A stretch of DNA of 64,000 bases from an uncultured Acidobacteriota bacterium (GCA_963713825.1 CAVQNG010000025.1:96001-160000); one strand, 5' to 3'; shown: positions 17,392-27,611, counted from the stretch's first letter. Notes: a model not told the origin generated them from the letters alone. Program-made: numbers and translations.

Positions 17392-19917
17392 ATGTTCAGA
17401 CAGTTTGCCTTGATCAGCTTGTCGATTCTCGGCCTGGCGACAGTGGGCCTGGCTCAGGATTGGGATGAAATCGTCCTCTGGCCGGAGCATCAGCGGTCCT
17501 TCCTGCAGGACGTACCGGCGTTGTTGCTCACCGATGAGCAGCGGCAGGTGTACCTCGACGCCTCCTCCGAGGAGCGCGAGTCGATGATCGAGGCCTTCCT
17601 GGCCGATGATCCCGTGCCAGAGACGCCCCAGAATGAGCTCCTGGAAGCGATCAAGGCGCGCTACCGTCTGGTGCACTCGGAGTTTCTCGCACTGGAGGAT
17701 CAGCGGGCCGCCGCTCTGTTTCTGCATGGCAGGCCGAATCAGCGGTTGGCAATCGAGTGCGCGATGGCCTTCAAACCCGTCGAGATCTGGGTCTATGGCG
17801 AAGCGGAAGCCGCTGTCAGCTTGGTCTTCTACGAGACGATTCCCGACGGCCCGTACCGCATCTGGTTACCCGTCGATTCCAAGCGACTGCTCTACAACGA
17901 TGAGATGCAGTACTGGCTGGAGCAATGGGAGGAGCTGGGCGGGAAGAAGATCGCCAAGCGATTCGACCTCCAGATCTGTAAGCAGGCGCGGATCGTGGAT
18001 CAGGCCACAGGGATCGAGGGTCTGCGTGGCTTTCAGCCTGGAAGGCCTCACAAAGACGACATTCTCCGGTACTTCGGGCCGCCTCCAGATATCGCCGAGT
18101 GGGCCCGGCAGGCGGTCGCCAGCGAGAGGACGGAAGCCGTCAAAGAGCTGGAGACTCTCGACCTGGAAGTCTTCTTCCCCGACAAGGTCCGTCAGCGAAC
18201 GGTGGCACGGTTTGTCGTGCCCATCCCTTCGGCAGCCGAGTTGGAGATCGCCGAAGAGGACGAAGAAAAGGGTCTCATCCTCGCTATGGAAGGCGTCATC
18301 GAGCAGGATGGGAAGGTGTTCGACGAGTTCAGGGTGCGGTTCAAGATCGAGCCGCCGGCGGAGGACGTGCCGATTGTTCTGGCGATGGACCAGTTGCTAC
18401 GCCCCAATCGGACTTTTCTCGTTCGATTGCGTGTGCGCGACGAAGTCGGGGGCGCGGAAGCGTACCTGACGAGGGGTTTCGTCGTGCCTGAAGAGCCCCA
18501 ACCCATGGACATCCCACCTGTGCCCGAGGGAACGATCCTCGCCATGGGGCAGGATCTGGCAAAGTCCGAGATCCAGGGCCAGGACAGCCTCCTGCTGGTG
18601 CCGCCGCCAACAGAGGTTGTTCTGGGGCTCTGGAGGGCCGAGGCTCTCGTCACCGGTGGCCGCATTGCCAAGGTGCGGTTTCTGGTCGATGGCAAGCCAC
18701 AAATGACCCGCTCGACCCGTCCGTTTGCGGCTGAGCTTCGATTGGCCAAGTTTCCGGTGGAGCAGGTTGTCAGGGCCGAGGGCATCGATGCGGCCAACGA
18801 GATCGTTGCTACGGACGAAGTCGTGCTCAACCAACCCCGCGGTGCGCTGCGGGTACGAATTATCGATCCAGCCAGAGGAGCCGCCGTTTCCGGCCCGACG
18901 CTCGCCCGGGCCGAGGTGGTAGTGCCAGAAGAGCGCCGGGTCGAGAAGGTGGAGTTCAGGGTCAATGAAGACCTTGTAGCGGAGCTCCAGAATCCCCCTT
19001 GGGAGGCAGAGATCAACGTCCCGCCGGCTGAAGGCATGGCCTATCTGAGCGTGGTGGCGATTCTCGACGATCAGAGCCGCTCGGAGGAGGTGCGGTTCCT
19101 CAATTCTCCCCAGTTCTTGGAGGAGGTCGAGGTCAAGCTGGTCGAGCTCTTCACAACGGTCACGGATCGCAGTGGCAGGCCAGTCAAGGGCCTCACGCAG
19201 GGTGATTTCGTGGTCAAGGAGGATGGGAGGCAGCAGCAGATCACCAAGTTCGAGCTGGTCGAGGATCTGCCCCTGACTCTCGGCTTCGTGATCGACACCT
19301 CGGGCTCGATGACGGAATCCCTGCCGGAAGCCAAGGCAGCAGCCATGGGCTTCCTGGAGAACATCATCACCCTGCGAGACAAGGTCTTCGCGGTCTCCTT
19401 CAGCGACCAGCCCAGATTGCTCATCGCACCCACCGATGACGTCAGTGCTGTTCAGGGCTCTCTCGAAGATCTTCAAGCGGTTGGCTGGACTACGTTGCAC
19501 GACGCGGTGGTCACAGGTCTCTATTACTTCAGGGCGATGCGCGGCCGACGTGCCTTGATTCTGCTTTCGGACGGGGATGACACCGCCAGTGCCATGCCGT
19601 TTCGAGATTCCCTCGAGTTCGCCCGCCGCAGCGGTGTGACCATCTACTCGATTGGCCTCGATGTGGGTGCCCTGGAGAGAGGTGTTCGCAACAAACTGAC
19701 GAACCTGGCCGAAGAATCCGGCGGCCGGGTGTTCTTCATCTCCAAGGCGCAGGAGCTGGCCGACGTCTACCGCGAGATCGAGGAAGAGCTGAGGAGTCAG
19801 TACCTGGTGGCCTATGCGTCGGACAACCCGGAGCCCGATGGCCAGTTTCGCGAGGTCGAGGTCGACGTCAAGAGCGGCAAGTTGAAGGCCAGGACCATCC
19901 GGGGCTACTATCCGTGA
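17392..19917 (+). CDS. Secreted VWA-domain protein with GWxTD-like N-terminus and Ig-like domains
   Basis: Signal peptide, DPVPETPQNE, MIDAS DTSGSM, LSDGDD, ELRSQYLVAY, RGYY end. Confidence 0.85.
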   Translation: MFRQFALISLSILGLATVGLAQDWDEIVLWPEHQRSFLQDVPALLLTDEQRQVYLDASSEERESMIEAFLADDPVPETPQNELLEAIKARYRLVHSEFLALEDQRAAALFLHGRPNQRLAIECAMAFKPVEIWVYGEAEAAVSLVFYETIPDGPYRIWLPVDSKRLLYNDEMQYWLEQWEELGGKKIAKRFDLQICKQARIVDQATGIEGLRGFQPGRPHKDDILRYFGPPPDIAEWARQAVASERTEAVKELETLDLEVFFPDKVRQRTVARFVVPIPSAAELEIAEEDEEKGLILAMEGVIEQDGKVFDEFRVRFKIEPPAEDVPIVLAMDQLLRPNRTFLVRLRVRDEVGGAEAYLTRGFVVPEEPQPMDIPPVPEGTILAMGQDLAKSEIQGQDSLLLVPPPTEVVLGLWRAEALVTGGRIAKVRFLVDGKPQMTRSTRPFAAELRLAKFPVEQVVRAEGIDAANEIVATDEVVLNQPRGALRVRIIDPARGAAVSGPTLARAEVVVPEERRVEKVEFRVNEDLVAELQNPPWEAEINVPPAEGMAYLSVVAILDDQSRSEEVRFLNSPQFLEEVEVKLVELFTTVTDRSGRPVKGLTQGDFVVKEDGRQQQITKFELVEDLPLTLGFVIDTSGSMTESLPEAKAAAMGFLENIITLRDKVFAVSFSDQPRLLIAPTDDVSAVQGSLEDLQAVGWTTLHDAVVTGLYYFRAMRGRRALILLSDGDDTASAMPFRDSLEFARRSGVTIYSIGLDVGALERGVRNKLTNLAEESGGRVFFISKAQELADVYREIEEELRSQYLVAYASDNPEPDGQFREVEVDVKSGKLKARTIRGYYP

Positions 19918-19935
19918 TCCGGAGCTAGTCTGGAA

Positions 19936-20673
19936 ATGGTGATCGATCGAGTCATGGAACCAAGTCCATCGGGGAAGGTCTGCCGATGGCGAGCGGCGAA
20001 GAGTCGTGCTCTCCTGGTGGTCTGGATGATGCTAGCGCCGATTCTGTCACTGCCGTTGAGCGCGGCGGAGGCGAATCTGCCCGAGAATTCCGAGGTGCTC
20101 CAGTCGGATCGGGTCGATGGGGTTCACCGGGACCTGGCGACCGAGATTGCTCCGATCGAGCAGGGTGCCATCGTCATTCAGTTGTACTCGGAAAATCCCG
20201 TGCTGGAAGTGGTGAGCCACGAGCTCCTTCTGTGGCCCTTGGAGGGCAACTCCCACGGCGCCAGACTGACGGCCCTGTTCCAGGGTGAAGCAGATGTTCA
20301 GGCGGACCTCGAGGTCGCTGGGCTGCCGGCGCAGATGGCCGACTTCGTCGAGTTGCCGGAGCAGGAGACTTCGATCGAAGGGCGATTCGAGATTGCGCAG
20401 GAGGAGTCGGGTTATCGAGTTGTCGCCGAGGAGCTGCCGCGCTTCATCGAGATCCGGGTCAAGAGCCGGCTTGCGGGGCAGTTGGTCACGCTTTGTCGAG
20501 GTCTGGCGCTATTCGCGCCGGGGAGCGGCGCCGAGTGTGAGGGACTCGATCGGTTGCTCTCCGTGGTGCGCCTGCCCATGCCGGAGGCGGGCGAGACGTA
20601 TTTCATCGAACAGTCGAGATTGACCGACTTCGAGAGAGAGCAGCTCGACAGCTACCTCAGTCGCAGCCGATGA
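19936..20673 (+). CDS. Hypothetical exported protein
   Basis: Signal-like segment. Fills the gap between flanking genes. Confidence 0.6.
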   Translation: MVIDRVMEPSPSGKVCRWRAAKSRALLVVWMMLAPILSLPLSAAEANLPENSEVLQSDRVDGVHRDLATEIAPIEQGAIVIQLYSENPVLEVVSHELLLWPLEGNSHGARLTALFQGEADVQADLEVAGLPAQMADFVELPEQETSIEGRFEIAQEESGYRVVAEELPRFIEIRVKSRLAGQLVTLCRGLALFAPGSGAECEGLDRLLSVVRLPMPEAGETYFIEQSRLTDFEREQLDSYLSRSR

Positions 20674-20684
20674 GCTCCAGTCTC

Positions 20685-23600
20685 TCAGGAGAGATCTTGA
20701 TCGAGGGGTAGGCCTGCTCGGGTGGCAGCTTCGAGGATCTCTCGATGCTCGGCAATTTGAAACAGGAAATCATGGCGTAGCTGAGGCTCCAGGTGCGAGG
20801 CCTTGCGAAGAATCTCCCGGTAGGCGGCCTGGAGGTGAGGGAGCGGGTCTGCCGCCGTTTCACCCTGCTCGCGAAGCCAGGTCAGTCCCCGGTACAGGCC
20901 GAATCGAATCTCTTCCAGCAGCTCGGCTCTGGGTAGCTCCTGCAGGTGCTCCAGCAGCTGGTCGGACCATCGGCGGGCATCGTCGATCTCTTCGATGTTG
21001 ACCGCCAGCCGAATCAACATGGCCAGGTCGAAGCCGACTGCCTCGTCGTCTCCCACTTCTCGATGGGCCTTGAGGGCCGCGGCGAGGTGGTCCCGGACCG
21101 ACTCGAATCTGCGTTGCTGCAGCCCGATTCGACCGAGCAACAGCTCGGCGTCCGCCAGCAGGGATTTGCGCGAGATCACGTTCAGTTTGAAGTGGGCTTC
21201 GATGGCCTCTTGGAGTGCCTTTTCGTGCTGACCCAGAAATAGGTGGTTCTCTGCAACGGCGAGTCGCGCGACTGCCTCCCCGGCTACCTCGTCCTTGCCT
21301 TGCCGGAGGGAGAGGGCCCTCTTCAGGGGTCCAGAGGCGGCCGTGTAGTCGCCCAATCGGATGAGTGCCTTGCCGAGCCCCAACAGTGGAAATCCGACAT
21401 CCTCTTCGGCTCCGTGCTCTTCGAGTATCTCCTGCGCCTCGCGGTAGCTTTCGAGGGCCAGCGGATAGTTGCCGAGAGCCAGGTAGACCGCGCCGAGAGC
21501 GGTCAGAGAATTGCCCGAGGCACGCTGGATCCCCTGCTTGCGCCGCTCTGCCAGCGCTTCCTGGTGGAACCTCAAGGCATCTTCGAGTCGGTTCTCCTGG
21601 GCCGCTATGTTGCCGAGGTGGTAGCTGCAGGCGGCACAGAGGGCGGTGGCGCCACGCTGCTCCAGTGTGACACTCAGCTTCTCGAAGAGTTGTTTGGCCT
21701 CTTCGAAGCGCTCCTGATCGAGATGCAGGCGACCAAGCTGAATCAGGAGCAGCGCCTGGCGCCGCTCGTCGGCACCCTGTGCCGCTGACAGCGCCAGACG
21801 AATCGTCGTTTCGGCGTCCTGATAGCGACCAGCTTCTCGATCCATCTCGCCTTTGAGCCCGGCCAGAGCGAGCAGGCGACTCGGATGACCCGAGGCCATC
21901 TCGACCGCTCGAGCCAGCTCGCCTTCGTACTCGTGCAGGCGCCCGTGCTTGCGGGCGAGCGGCAGAAGCCTCCACAGAATCTCGAGCTCGGTATCGGGGC
22001 TGCCGCGGCGCTTTCTGACCGATCGCAGCTCGGCGTCGAGGGTGGCCAGCATCTGGGCCGGAGGAACGCTCGCCGCGTGAGGTGTCTTGAGGGCCTGAAT
22101 CAGTGACTTGAGTCCTTCACCGGTGCCCTGAAGGAGATTGTAGGACTCCCAGTGCGCCTCTCCGCTGCGACTGCCATCGGCCAACACCTTGCCCATGAGC
22201 TGTCGGGCCAGGTCGGTGGTTTCCAGCGCCAGGCTCTGTCGAAGAGCCATGGAGAAGGCTTTGGACGTGAGTTCTACTCCCGGTCCCCAAGCCGTGGTGA
22301 CGGAATGAAGGAGTCCGGCAGCCAGCGGGGAGGATTCCCAGCTCACAGGTGGCGAAGTCCCGAGCTTCGTGGCAGCCGCCTCCAGACTCTCTGGTGGAAC
22401 TGCTCCACCCACTGCCGATAGGAGTTGAAGGGGAAGGAGCGCCTCGAGTCGCGCCGCCTCGGCGACAAGATGGCAGATCAGTCGCGGAGACGGCTGGAAA
22501 TCGGTCGATTCAGCGCCGGCAAAGAAGAAGCTGCCGTAGACCCGTCGCAGGTTCTTTTCTCGGATCAGAGCCGCCATACCTTCTTCCAGAGCAAACGGAT
22601 AGCCCAGGGTCGCTTCCTGCAAGCGTTCTTCGACAGTGGTGGGGAGCGACAGTCCGTCGAACAGACGCTCGGCGAGCACCTCCATCTCGGAGCGATCGAA
22701 GGGATGGAAAGGCAGGGTAGGCAGTTGATGCATGGTCGGTGGCAGAGCCGGGCCACCTCGGCCAACGAGCAGCAGGTGGAATCCGCGGCCGAGCTCGGGG
22801 TGATCCAACAAGTGGCGAACGAAATCGGAATCGTCACCGTCGATCTGTTCCACATCGTCGACGACGATGTAGAGAGGACTCGAGAGACCCTTGGAAATTC
22901 GTGCCAGGATAGCTGGGATCTGTTCTGTCAGCGCCTGCTCGCCGTCGGCGTCATCGGTCGACAGCAGGGCATGAATCTCGTCCTGTAGCTGGACGTCGCG
23001 AATCTTGGGTAGCAGCGGTAGTGCCGAAGAGGGTGAAGGCGGAGCCAACAACTGCTCTGCCATTTGACGCACGAGTGATCGGCCTCGGCGTCGACTGGGC
23101 TGGGCCCGCAGCCACAAGGCCGGGGTTCCCGTGTGCAGCAGAACCTCGAAAACCAGGCGGCTCTTGCCGCACCCCAAAGCTCCTTCGACACGCCATGCCG
23201 GGACTGTCAAGTGGTCCTTGACGGAGTTGAACAGGGCCGTCCGGGGTACCGGTTTGAGTCGGCGGTTGAGCAGTTCGGGATTCCGCCAGGGAGCCGCGAC
23301 GCGCTGTGCGGGGCCCACTTCGAAGACGGGGATGGAACCACCCAGCAGCTCGGCGGTAACAGAGCTCGGCGAAAGCTCTCGAGGTTCCTCGAGCATGCTG
23401 GCAGCCCATCCGGTGACGTGAACTCGCCCCGGTCGAAGATTGCCGGACCAGGCCTCGACATGCTCTCCGACCGGGTCGACCGCTAGCGATGGAATACCCT
23501 GGCGAAACACGACCTCTCCGGGAGAAACGAGTATCCTGAGACCTGCTGCCCCAGCGGGGGTCTGTCTTCTCTGCAGGCTGTCGACTAGCGACATTCCGAG

Positions 23601-23825
23601 GTGGATCGCGGTGTCTACCGGAGCCGGATCGGGTGCTTCTGGAGTGATGACAGCGATACCCGAATCGAGGCGGTGCAGGCCCGGCAAGTGGGGAAGCAGA
23701 TCATCGATCCGGGTCGTTTCAGAGGCTGCCGAAGAACCGCGCTCGGGCCACAATCTGAGCACAGCGCCTGGCAATCGCAGGTCGAAGGGCTGCTTCTTCT
23801 TCTTTCTGGATCGGGCTGCGGTCAT
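20685..23825 (-). CDS. AAA ATPase / tetratricopeptide repeat protein (STAND-like) with degenerate cyclase-like N-terminus
   Basis: Walker A GALGCGKS, Walker B YIVVDD, C-terminal TPR array. Confidence 0.8.
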   Translation of the reverse strand: MTAARSRKKKKQPFDLRLPGAVLRLWPERGSSAASETTRIDDLLPHLPGLHRLDSGIAVITPEAPDPAPVDTAIHLGMSLVDSLQRRQTPAGAAGLRILVSPGEVVFRQGIPSLAVDPVGEHVEAWSGNLRPGRVHVTGWAASMLEEPRELSPSSVTAELLGGSIPVFEVGPAQRVAAPWRNPELLNRRLKPVPRTALFNSVKDHLTVPAWRVEGALGCGKSRLVFEVLLHTGTPALWLRAQPSRRRGRSLVRQMAEQLLAPPSPSSALPLLPKIRDVQLQDEIHALLSTDDADGEQALTEQIPAILARISKGLSSPLYIVVDDVEQIDGDDSDFVRHLLDHPELGRGFHLLLVGRGGPALPPTMHQLPTLPFHPFDRSEMEVLAERLFDGLSLPTTVEERLQEATLGYPFALEEGMAALIREKNLRRVYGSFFFAGAESTDFQPSPRLICHLVAEAARLEALLPLQLLSAVGGAVPPESLEAAATKLGTSPPVSWESSPLAAGLLHSVTTAWGPGVELTSKAFSMALRQSLALETTDLARQLMGKVLADGSRSGEAHWESYNLLQGTGEGLKSLIQALKTPHAASVPPAQMLATLDAELRSVRKRRGSPDTELEILWRLLPLARKHGRLHEYEGELARAVEMASGHPSRLLALAGLKGEMDREAGRYQDAETTIRLALSAAQGADERRQALLLIQLGRLHLDQERFEEAKQLFEKLSVTLEQRGATALCAACSYHLGNIAAQENRLEDALRFHQEALAERRKQGIQRASGNSLTALGAVYLALGNYPLALESYREAQEILEEHGAEEDVGFPLLGLGKALIRLGDYTAASGPLKRALSLRQGKDEVAGEAVARLAVAENHLFLGQHEKALQEAIEAHFKLNVISRKSLLADAELLLGRIGLQQRRFESVRDHLAAALKAHREVGDDEAVGFDLAMLIRLAVNIEEIDDARRWSDQLLEHLQELPRAELLEEIRFGLYRGLTWLREQGETAADPLPHLQAAYREILRKASHLEPQLRHDFLFQIAEHREILEAATRAGLPLDQDLS

Positions 23826-23918
23826 GGGAGCAAATCCACCAGGCTCTTTGCTGGCAGAGCGGCCGTGAAAGGCTGTAAGCACCCGGTTCGGGCGAGGAGA
23901 ACCTCCCAGAGATAGCTC

Positions 23919-23927
23919 TGGTATAGT
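23919..23927 (+). promoter_or_regulatory. Putative extended -10 promoter element
   Basis: TG-G-TATAGT in the divergent intergenic region upstream of 24049. Confidence 0.4.
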
Positions 23928-24048
23928 GGGAGGTCGGTCTTTCGGGGCCGATTCGACACGTCTAGCTGACTCTACCGGTGTTCAAGCACTCCTTGAAGAG
24001 GCGGTAAACCAGCACCTGACCGGTGCTCTCGAAGGAGATGAAATCCAA

Positions 24049-24597
24049 ATGACGACTCGCCGACTGATCAACAGTCTGTACTATTTTACGATTGAAGACG
24101 AAAGCATGCTGGCGGAAGCCTTCACGGAGATCGATGATGATGTTTTTGCCATTACCTACAAGGTCACCGGTACCGAGGATGTCTTCGTGACCACCGAAGA
24201 GACCCGCGAGGCGATGGATCGCACCGATGTACCGTACAACCTCCTGGCCGAAGAGGATGCGACTCGCGTGGCGATCTACCATACCCCATTGTCGCGCGAG
24301 GAGTTGGTGGACTACGAAGACGCCCTCAAGGCGCTGGCTCTGGCCTACAGGGCAATTGCCATTGCCTGCGTCGGTGTGAATGGCGAGACGGACCTCGGAT
24401 TCGAGCTCACGGAGAGTGCCAAGCGATACACCTACTTCACAGCGCCTGCCGGGCACACGTTCCTTTGGCGACTCTTCCACGAGCGCCAAGAAGCCGAAGA
24501 GTTCCTCAGCAAGCTCACGCTCGGTGAGAAGGAAGCGGTCGCCTGGGCCCAGACGATTCCTCTCGAGTCCTCGGAAGATCTCGTGAGTTACCACTGA
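24049..24597 (+). CDS. Hypothetical acidic cytoplasmic protein
   Basis: AAGGAG upstream of ATG 24049; typical codon usage. Confidence 0.7.
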   Translation: MTTRRLINSLYYFTIEDESMLAEAFTEIDDDVFAITYKVTGTEDVFVTTEETREAMDRTDVPYNLLAEEDATRVAIYHTPLSREELVDYEDALKALALAYRAIAIACVGVNGETDLGFELTESAKRYTYFTAPAGHTFLWRLFHERQEAEEFLSKLTLGEKEAVAWAQTIPLESSEDLVSYH

Positions 24598-24637
24598 TGA
24601 GGGTGGACCCTGGGTTGCTCGACGGAGAGAGTGCGTC

Positions 24638-26005
24638 CTGAGCCTGCCATTCCAGGAAGAGACCTATGGGGTCTCCCAGCTGTGTACAGACCTGCGGGAC
24701 TTTCTTCGAGAGGCCTTCGCGGAAGTCTGGGTGGCTGGAGAAGTCAATCGGGTGAGGGTCAGCCAGAGAGGGCATCTCTACTTCGAGCTCATCGAAAAGG
24801 GTGACAACGATCAGATCGAGGGCAAGCTGGAGGCTGTCGCTTGGCGCACCGATCACCAGCGCATTCGTCAACAGTTGGCCGCGGCTGGTCTCGAGATCGG
24901 CGAAGGTCAGACCATTCGCTGCCGCGGAGGCGTGGACTTCTATCCGCCTTTTGGTCGATTGCAGCTTGTTGTCAGAGAGGTGGATCCTGTCTTTATGGCT
25001 GGCCTTCTGGCTCGCCTCCGGCAGGAGGTCCTCGACAGCCTGGTCGCACGAGGCCTGATCGAGCGCAATCGCCAGAAGACCCTGTCCGAGCTGCCGCTAC
25101 GCATAGCCTTGATTACTTCCGATGGTAGCGCCGCCTACCACGATTTCCTGAGCTCGCTCGAGGAGAGCGGCTACGGATTCCAGGTGTACTTCATTCATGC
25201 CGCTGTGCAGGGCAAAGAGGCGGAGAGGGAGCTGACTTCGGCTCTCGAAATGCTCTCATCGCTCACCGTTGACTGTGCCGTGCTGATTCGGGGAGGAGGG
25301 TCTCGGGCCGATCTGGCCGTGTTCGATAGCCAGGCGGTTGCCGAAGCGGTGGCTGTGACTCCCGTCCCGGTGCTTACAGGGCTGGGCCACGAAATCGACC
25401 AGGCGGTCGCCGATCTGGTCGCCAACGCGGCCTTCAAGACGCCCACCAAGGTGGCGGAGTTCCTGGTCGAACGGGTGGCTACGGAGGAACGGAGATTGGT
25501 GGAGCTCAGAGCGGCGCTGGTACGGCAGTCGTTGGGGCTGTTGCGACAGGGTCGGGAATCGCTGGGCAGGGCGCAGAGAAGCCTCGGCCTGGTAAGACTC
25601 CGACTGACAAGCGCGACAGTCCGACTGGGTCAACTGTCGGAGGTCCTCCCCCGGGTCGCTCAATGGAGCGTGGAGAAACAGAGTCACAGGCTGGGAGCCC
25701 TGCATCGGCGGCTTGCCGAGGCCGGTCCGCGTCGGCTCGCTCGAGCTCGCCGGGAGTCCGATCGCGTGGTCGAGCGAATGGCCGTGCGGGCCGAGGCCAG
25801 CTGGCGCGAGAAGTGGGCTGTGATCGAGGGCTGGCAACGCCTTTGTCGGCAGCTGTCGCCCGAGCGAACCCTCGAGCGGGGCTTTTCTGTGACCCGCGAC
25901 TCCAAGGGCAAGCTGTTGCGCCGGCCCGCAGACGCGGTCGCAGGTGAGAGAATCACGAGCCAGCTTGCGGGAGGCATGCTCGCAAGCCGAGTGGAGGAAT
26001 CATGA
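24638..26005 (+). CDS. xseA: Exodeoxyribonuclease VII large subunit (probable CTG start)
   Basis: VSQL..WVAGEV, GHLYF, RGGGS, GLGHEID, TPT, LERGFS. Followed by xseB. Confidence 0.93.
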   Translation: MSLPFQEETYGVSQLCTDLRDFLREAFAEVWVAGEVNRVRVSQRGHLYFELIEKGDNDQIEGKLEAVAWRTDHQRIRQQLAAAGLEIGEGQTIRCRGGVDFYPPFGRLQLVVREVDPVFMAGLLARLRQEVLDSLVARGLIERNRQKTLSELPLRIALITSDGSAAYHDFLSSLEESGYGFQVYFIHAAVQGKEAERELTSALEMLSSLTVDCAVLIRGGGSRADLAVFDSQAVAEAVAVTPVPVLTGLGHEIDQAVADLVANAAFKTPTKVAEFLVERVATEERRLVELRAALVRQSLGLLRQGRESLGRAQRSLGLVRLRLTSATVRLGQLSEVLPRVAQWSVEKQSHRLGALHRRLAEAGPRRLARARRESDRVVERMAVRAEASWREKWAVIEGWQRLCRQLSPERTLERGFSVTRDSKGKLLRRPADAVAGERITSQLAGGMLASRVEES

Positions 26006-26250
26006 GCGCGAAGAAGAAGGCCACAGAGGATCTCCGCTTTGGCGAGGCCATCGAGGAGTTGGAGAGTATCCTGAACCAGGTCGAAGCCGAAGAGATCGAT
26101 ATCGACGAATTGGCGGATCAGCTGAAGGTGGCAGCCGAGTTGTTGGAGTTGTGCCGCAGCAAGATTCGTCGTGCCGAGGTCGAGGTAACCCAGATCGTTC
26201 AAGCTCTGGAGGAGGCCGAGACAGAGGCCGAACAGGAGGAGGACTCTTGA
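26002..26250 (+). CDS. xseB: Exodeoxyribonuclease VII small subunit
   Basis: FGEAIEELESI pattern. ATGA overlap with xseA. Confidence 0.9.
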   Translation: MSAKKKATEDLRFGEAIEELESILNQVEAEEIDIDELADQLKVAAELLELCRSKIRRAEVEVTQIVQALEEAETEAEQEEDS

Positions 26251-26272
26251 GGCGCCAGCAGAGGTCCGAGCT

Positions 26273-27130
26273 GTGTTGAATCGACAGACCAGCGGCTCGG
26301 TGGTTTGTCCTTCTTGCGGTCGACTGGTCGGGGTTCAACAGGAGAAGTGCCCGCATTGCGGACGCGGCAATCCTGGTCTGTGGGGCTATACCCGGTTCTT
26401 TCAGAGCCTGGGCGATGACTTTGGCTTCGTCCGCCTGATCATCGGGGCCTGCATCGTGCTGTATGTCCTGACCCTGTTGGTCAATCCGTCGGGGATCGGC
26501 ATGGGGAGTCTGTTTTCGATGCTGTCACCGAGCATGGAGGGGCTTTTCCTCTTCGGCGCCAGCGGCGCAGTGCCGGTCTTCGCCTACGACCGATGGTGGA
26601 CGGTGCTGTCGGCCTCTTGGCTGCATGGTGGCTTGATTCACATCCTGTTCAACATGTTGTGGGTGCGTCAGCTGGCGCCGGCTACCAGCCGGATCTTCGG
26701 CGCCGGGCGAATGGTGATCATCTACCTGGTGGCGGGAGCAGCAGGCTTTGTTCTCAGTAGCTTCGCTGGGGCCTATCTGGGCTTCTTGCCGTCCTTTCTG
26801 AGGGGCGCCAAGTTCACAATCGGCGCCTCGGCAGCCATCTTTGGCCTTCTCGGCGCCCTAGTGCTCTACGGCAGGAGGGGAGGGAGCTCGGCCGTTGGAC
26901 GACAGGCATGGACATGGGCGATCTTCCTGGGTGTCTTTGGATTCATCATGCCGGGGATCGACAACTTCGCCCATCTGGGAGGTTTCTTGGGGGGCTACGC
27001 CGCTGCTCACTGGCTCGATCCCAGGCGTCCGGAGCGCGTCGAGCATCTCATGGCGGCGGTGATCGGCCTGGGTCTGTCCCTACTGGCTGTCCTCTTCTCG
27101 GTCCTGAAAGGCCTGGCGCTTCTCGGTTGA
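26273..27130 (+). CDS. Rhomboid family intramembrane serine protease with N-terminal zinc ribbon
   Basis: CPSC..CPHC, HILFNM, GASAA, AHLGG. Confidence 0.92.
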   Translation: MLNRQTSGSVVCPSCGRLVGVQQEKCPHCGRGNPGLWGYTRFFQSLGDDFGFVRLIIGACIVLYVLTLLVNPSGIGMGSLFSMLSPSMEGLFLFGASGAVPVFAYDRWWTVLSASWLHGGLIHILFNMLWVRQLAPATSRIFGAGRMVIIYLVAGAAGFVLSSFAGAYLGFLPSFLRGAKFTIGASAAIFGLLGALVLYGRRGGSSAVGRQAWTWAIFLGVFGFIMPGIDNFAHLGGFLGGYAAAHWLDPRRPERVEHLMAAVIGLGLSLLAVLFSVLKGLALLG

Positions 27131-27161
27131 AGCTCTCGAGGAAGAGACCCCTTTCGAGGCT

Positions 27162-27611
27162 TTGCCGGTGTCTGAGAAGAGCCAGTTGCGGATCCCGACC
27201 CCTTTACTGGAGCTCCTGGAGAGGGAGGCCCTGGAGGCCTACCCGGAAGAGTGCTGTGGCATTCTCCTGGGTCGCGGGTCTTCGCCGGGAGAGCCGATCG
27301 CTGCAGTCAGCGAGGTGGCCGTAGCCCCGAACAGCGCCGGCGATCGGCGCGAAGAGCGTTATGCGATCGATCCGAAGCTCGTTTTGCAGGTCCAGCAAGA
27401 GGCCAGGGCGCGACAGGTGGAGGTTCTCGGGTACTACCACTCGCATCCCTGCCGGAGTGCGACCCCCAGCCAGTCCGACCTCGAGTCCGCCTGGCCGGAG
27501 GTGCGCTATCTCATCCTGGCGGTAGAAGCGGAGCGAGTGACCGGGGTGAAGTGCTGGCGCTTGAGTGAGGTTGGGGAGACCTTCGAAGAGGTAGACATCG
27601 GGTATTCTTGA
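27162..27611 (+). CDS. JAB/MPN+ (JAMM) metalloprotease, Mec-like
   Basis: EECCG, YHSHP, PSQSD. Confidence 0.9.
   Translation: MPVSEKSQLRIPTPLLELLEREALEAYPEECCGILLGRGSSPGEPIAAVSEVAVAPNSAGDRREERYAIDPKLVLQVQQEARARQVEVLGYYHSHPCRSATPSQSDLESAWPEVRYLILAVEAERVTGVKCWRLSEVGETFEEVDIGYS

Noticed and set aside
18397-19500. Long antisense ORFs (also 27511-28596, 48684-49625, 50764-51978, 53111-54049)
   Set aside because: Shadow frames opposite well-supported genes, expected in GC-rich DNA; no motifs.
20685-26250. Anti-phage defence island (STAND ATPase near xseAB)
   Set aside because: No recognisable effector domain or mobility genes, no obvious composition shift, and the neighbours are housekeeping genes.
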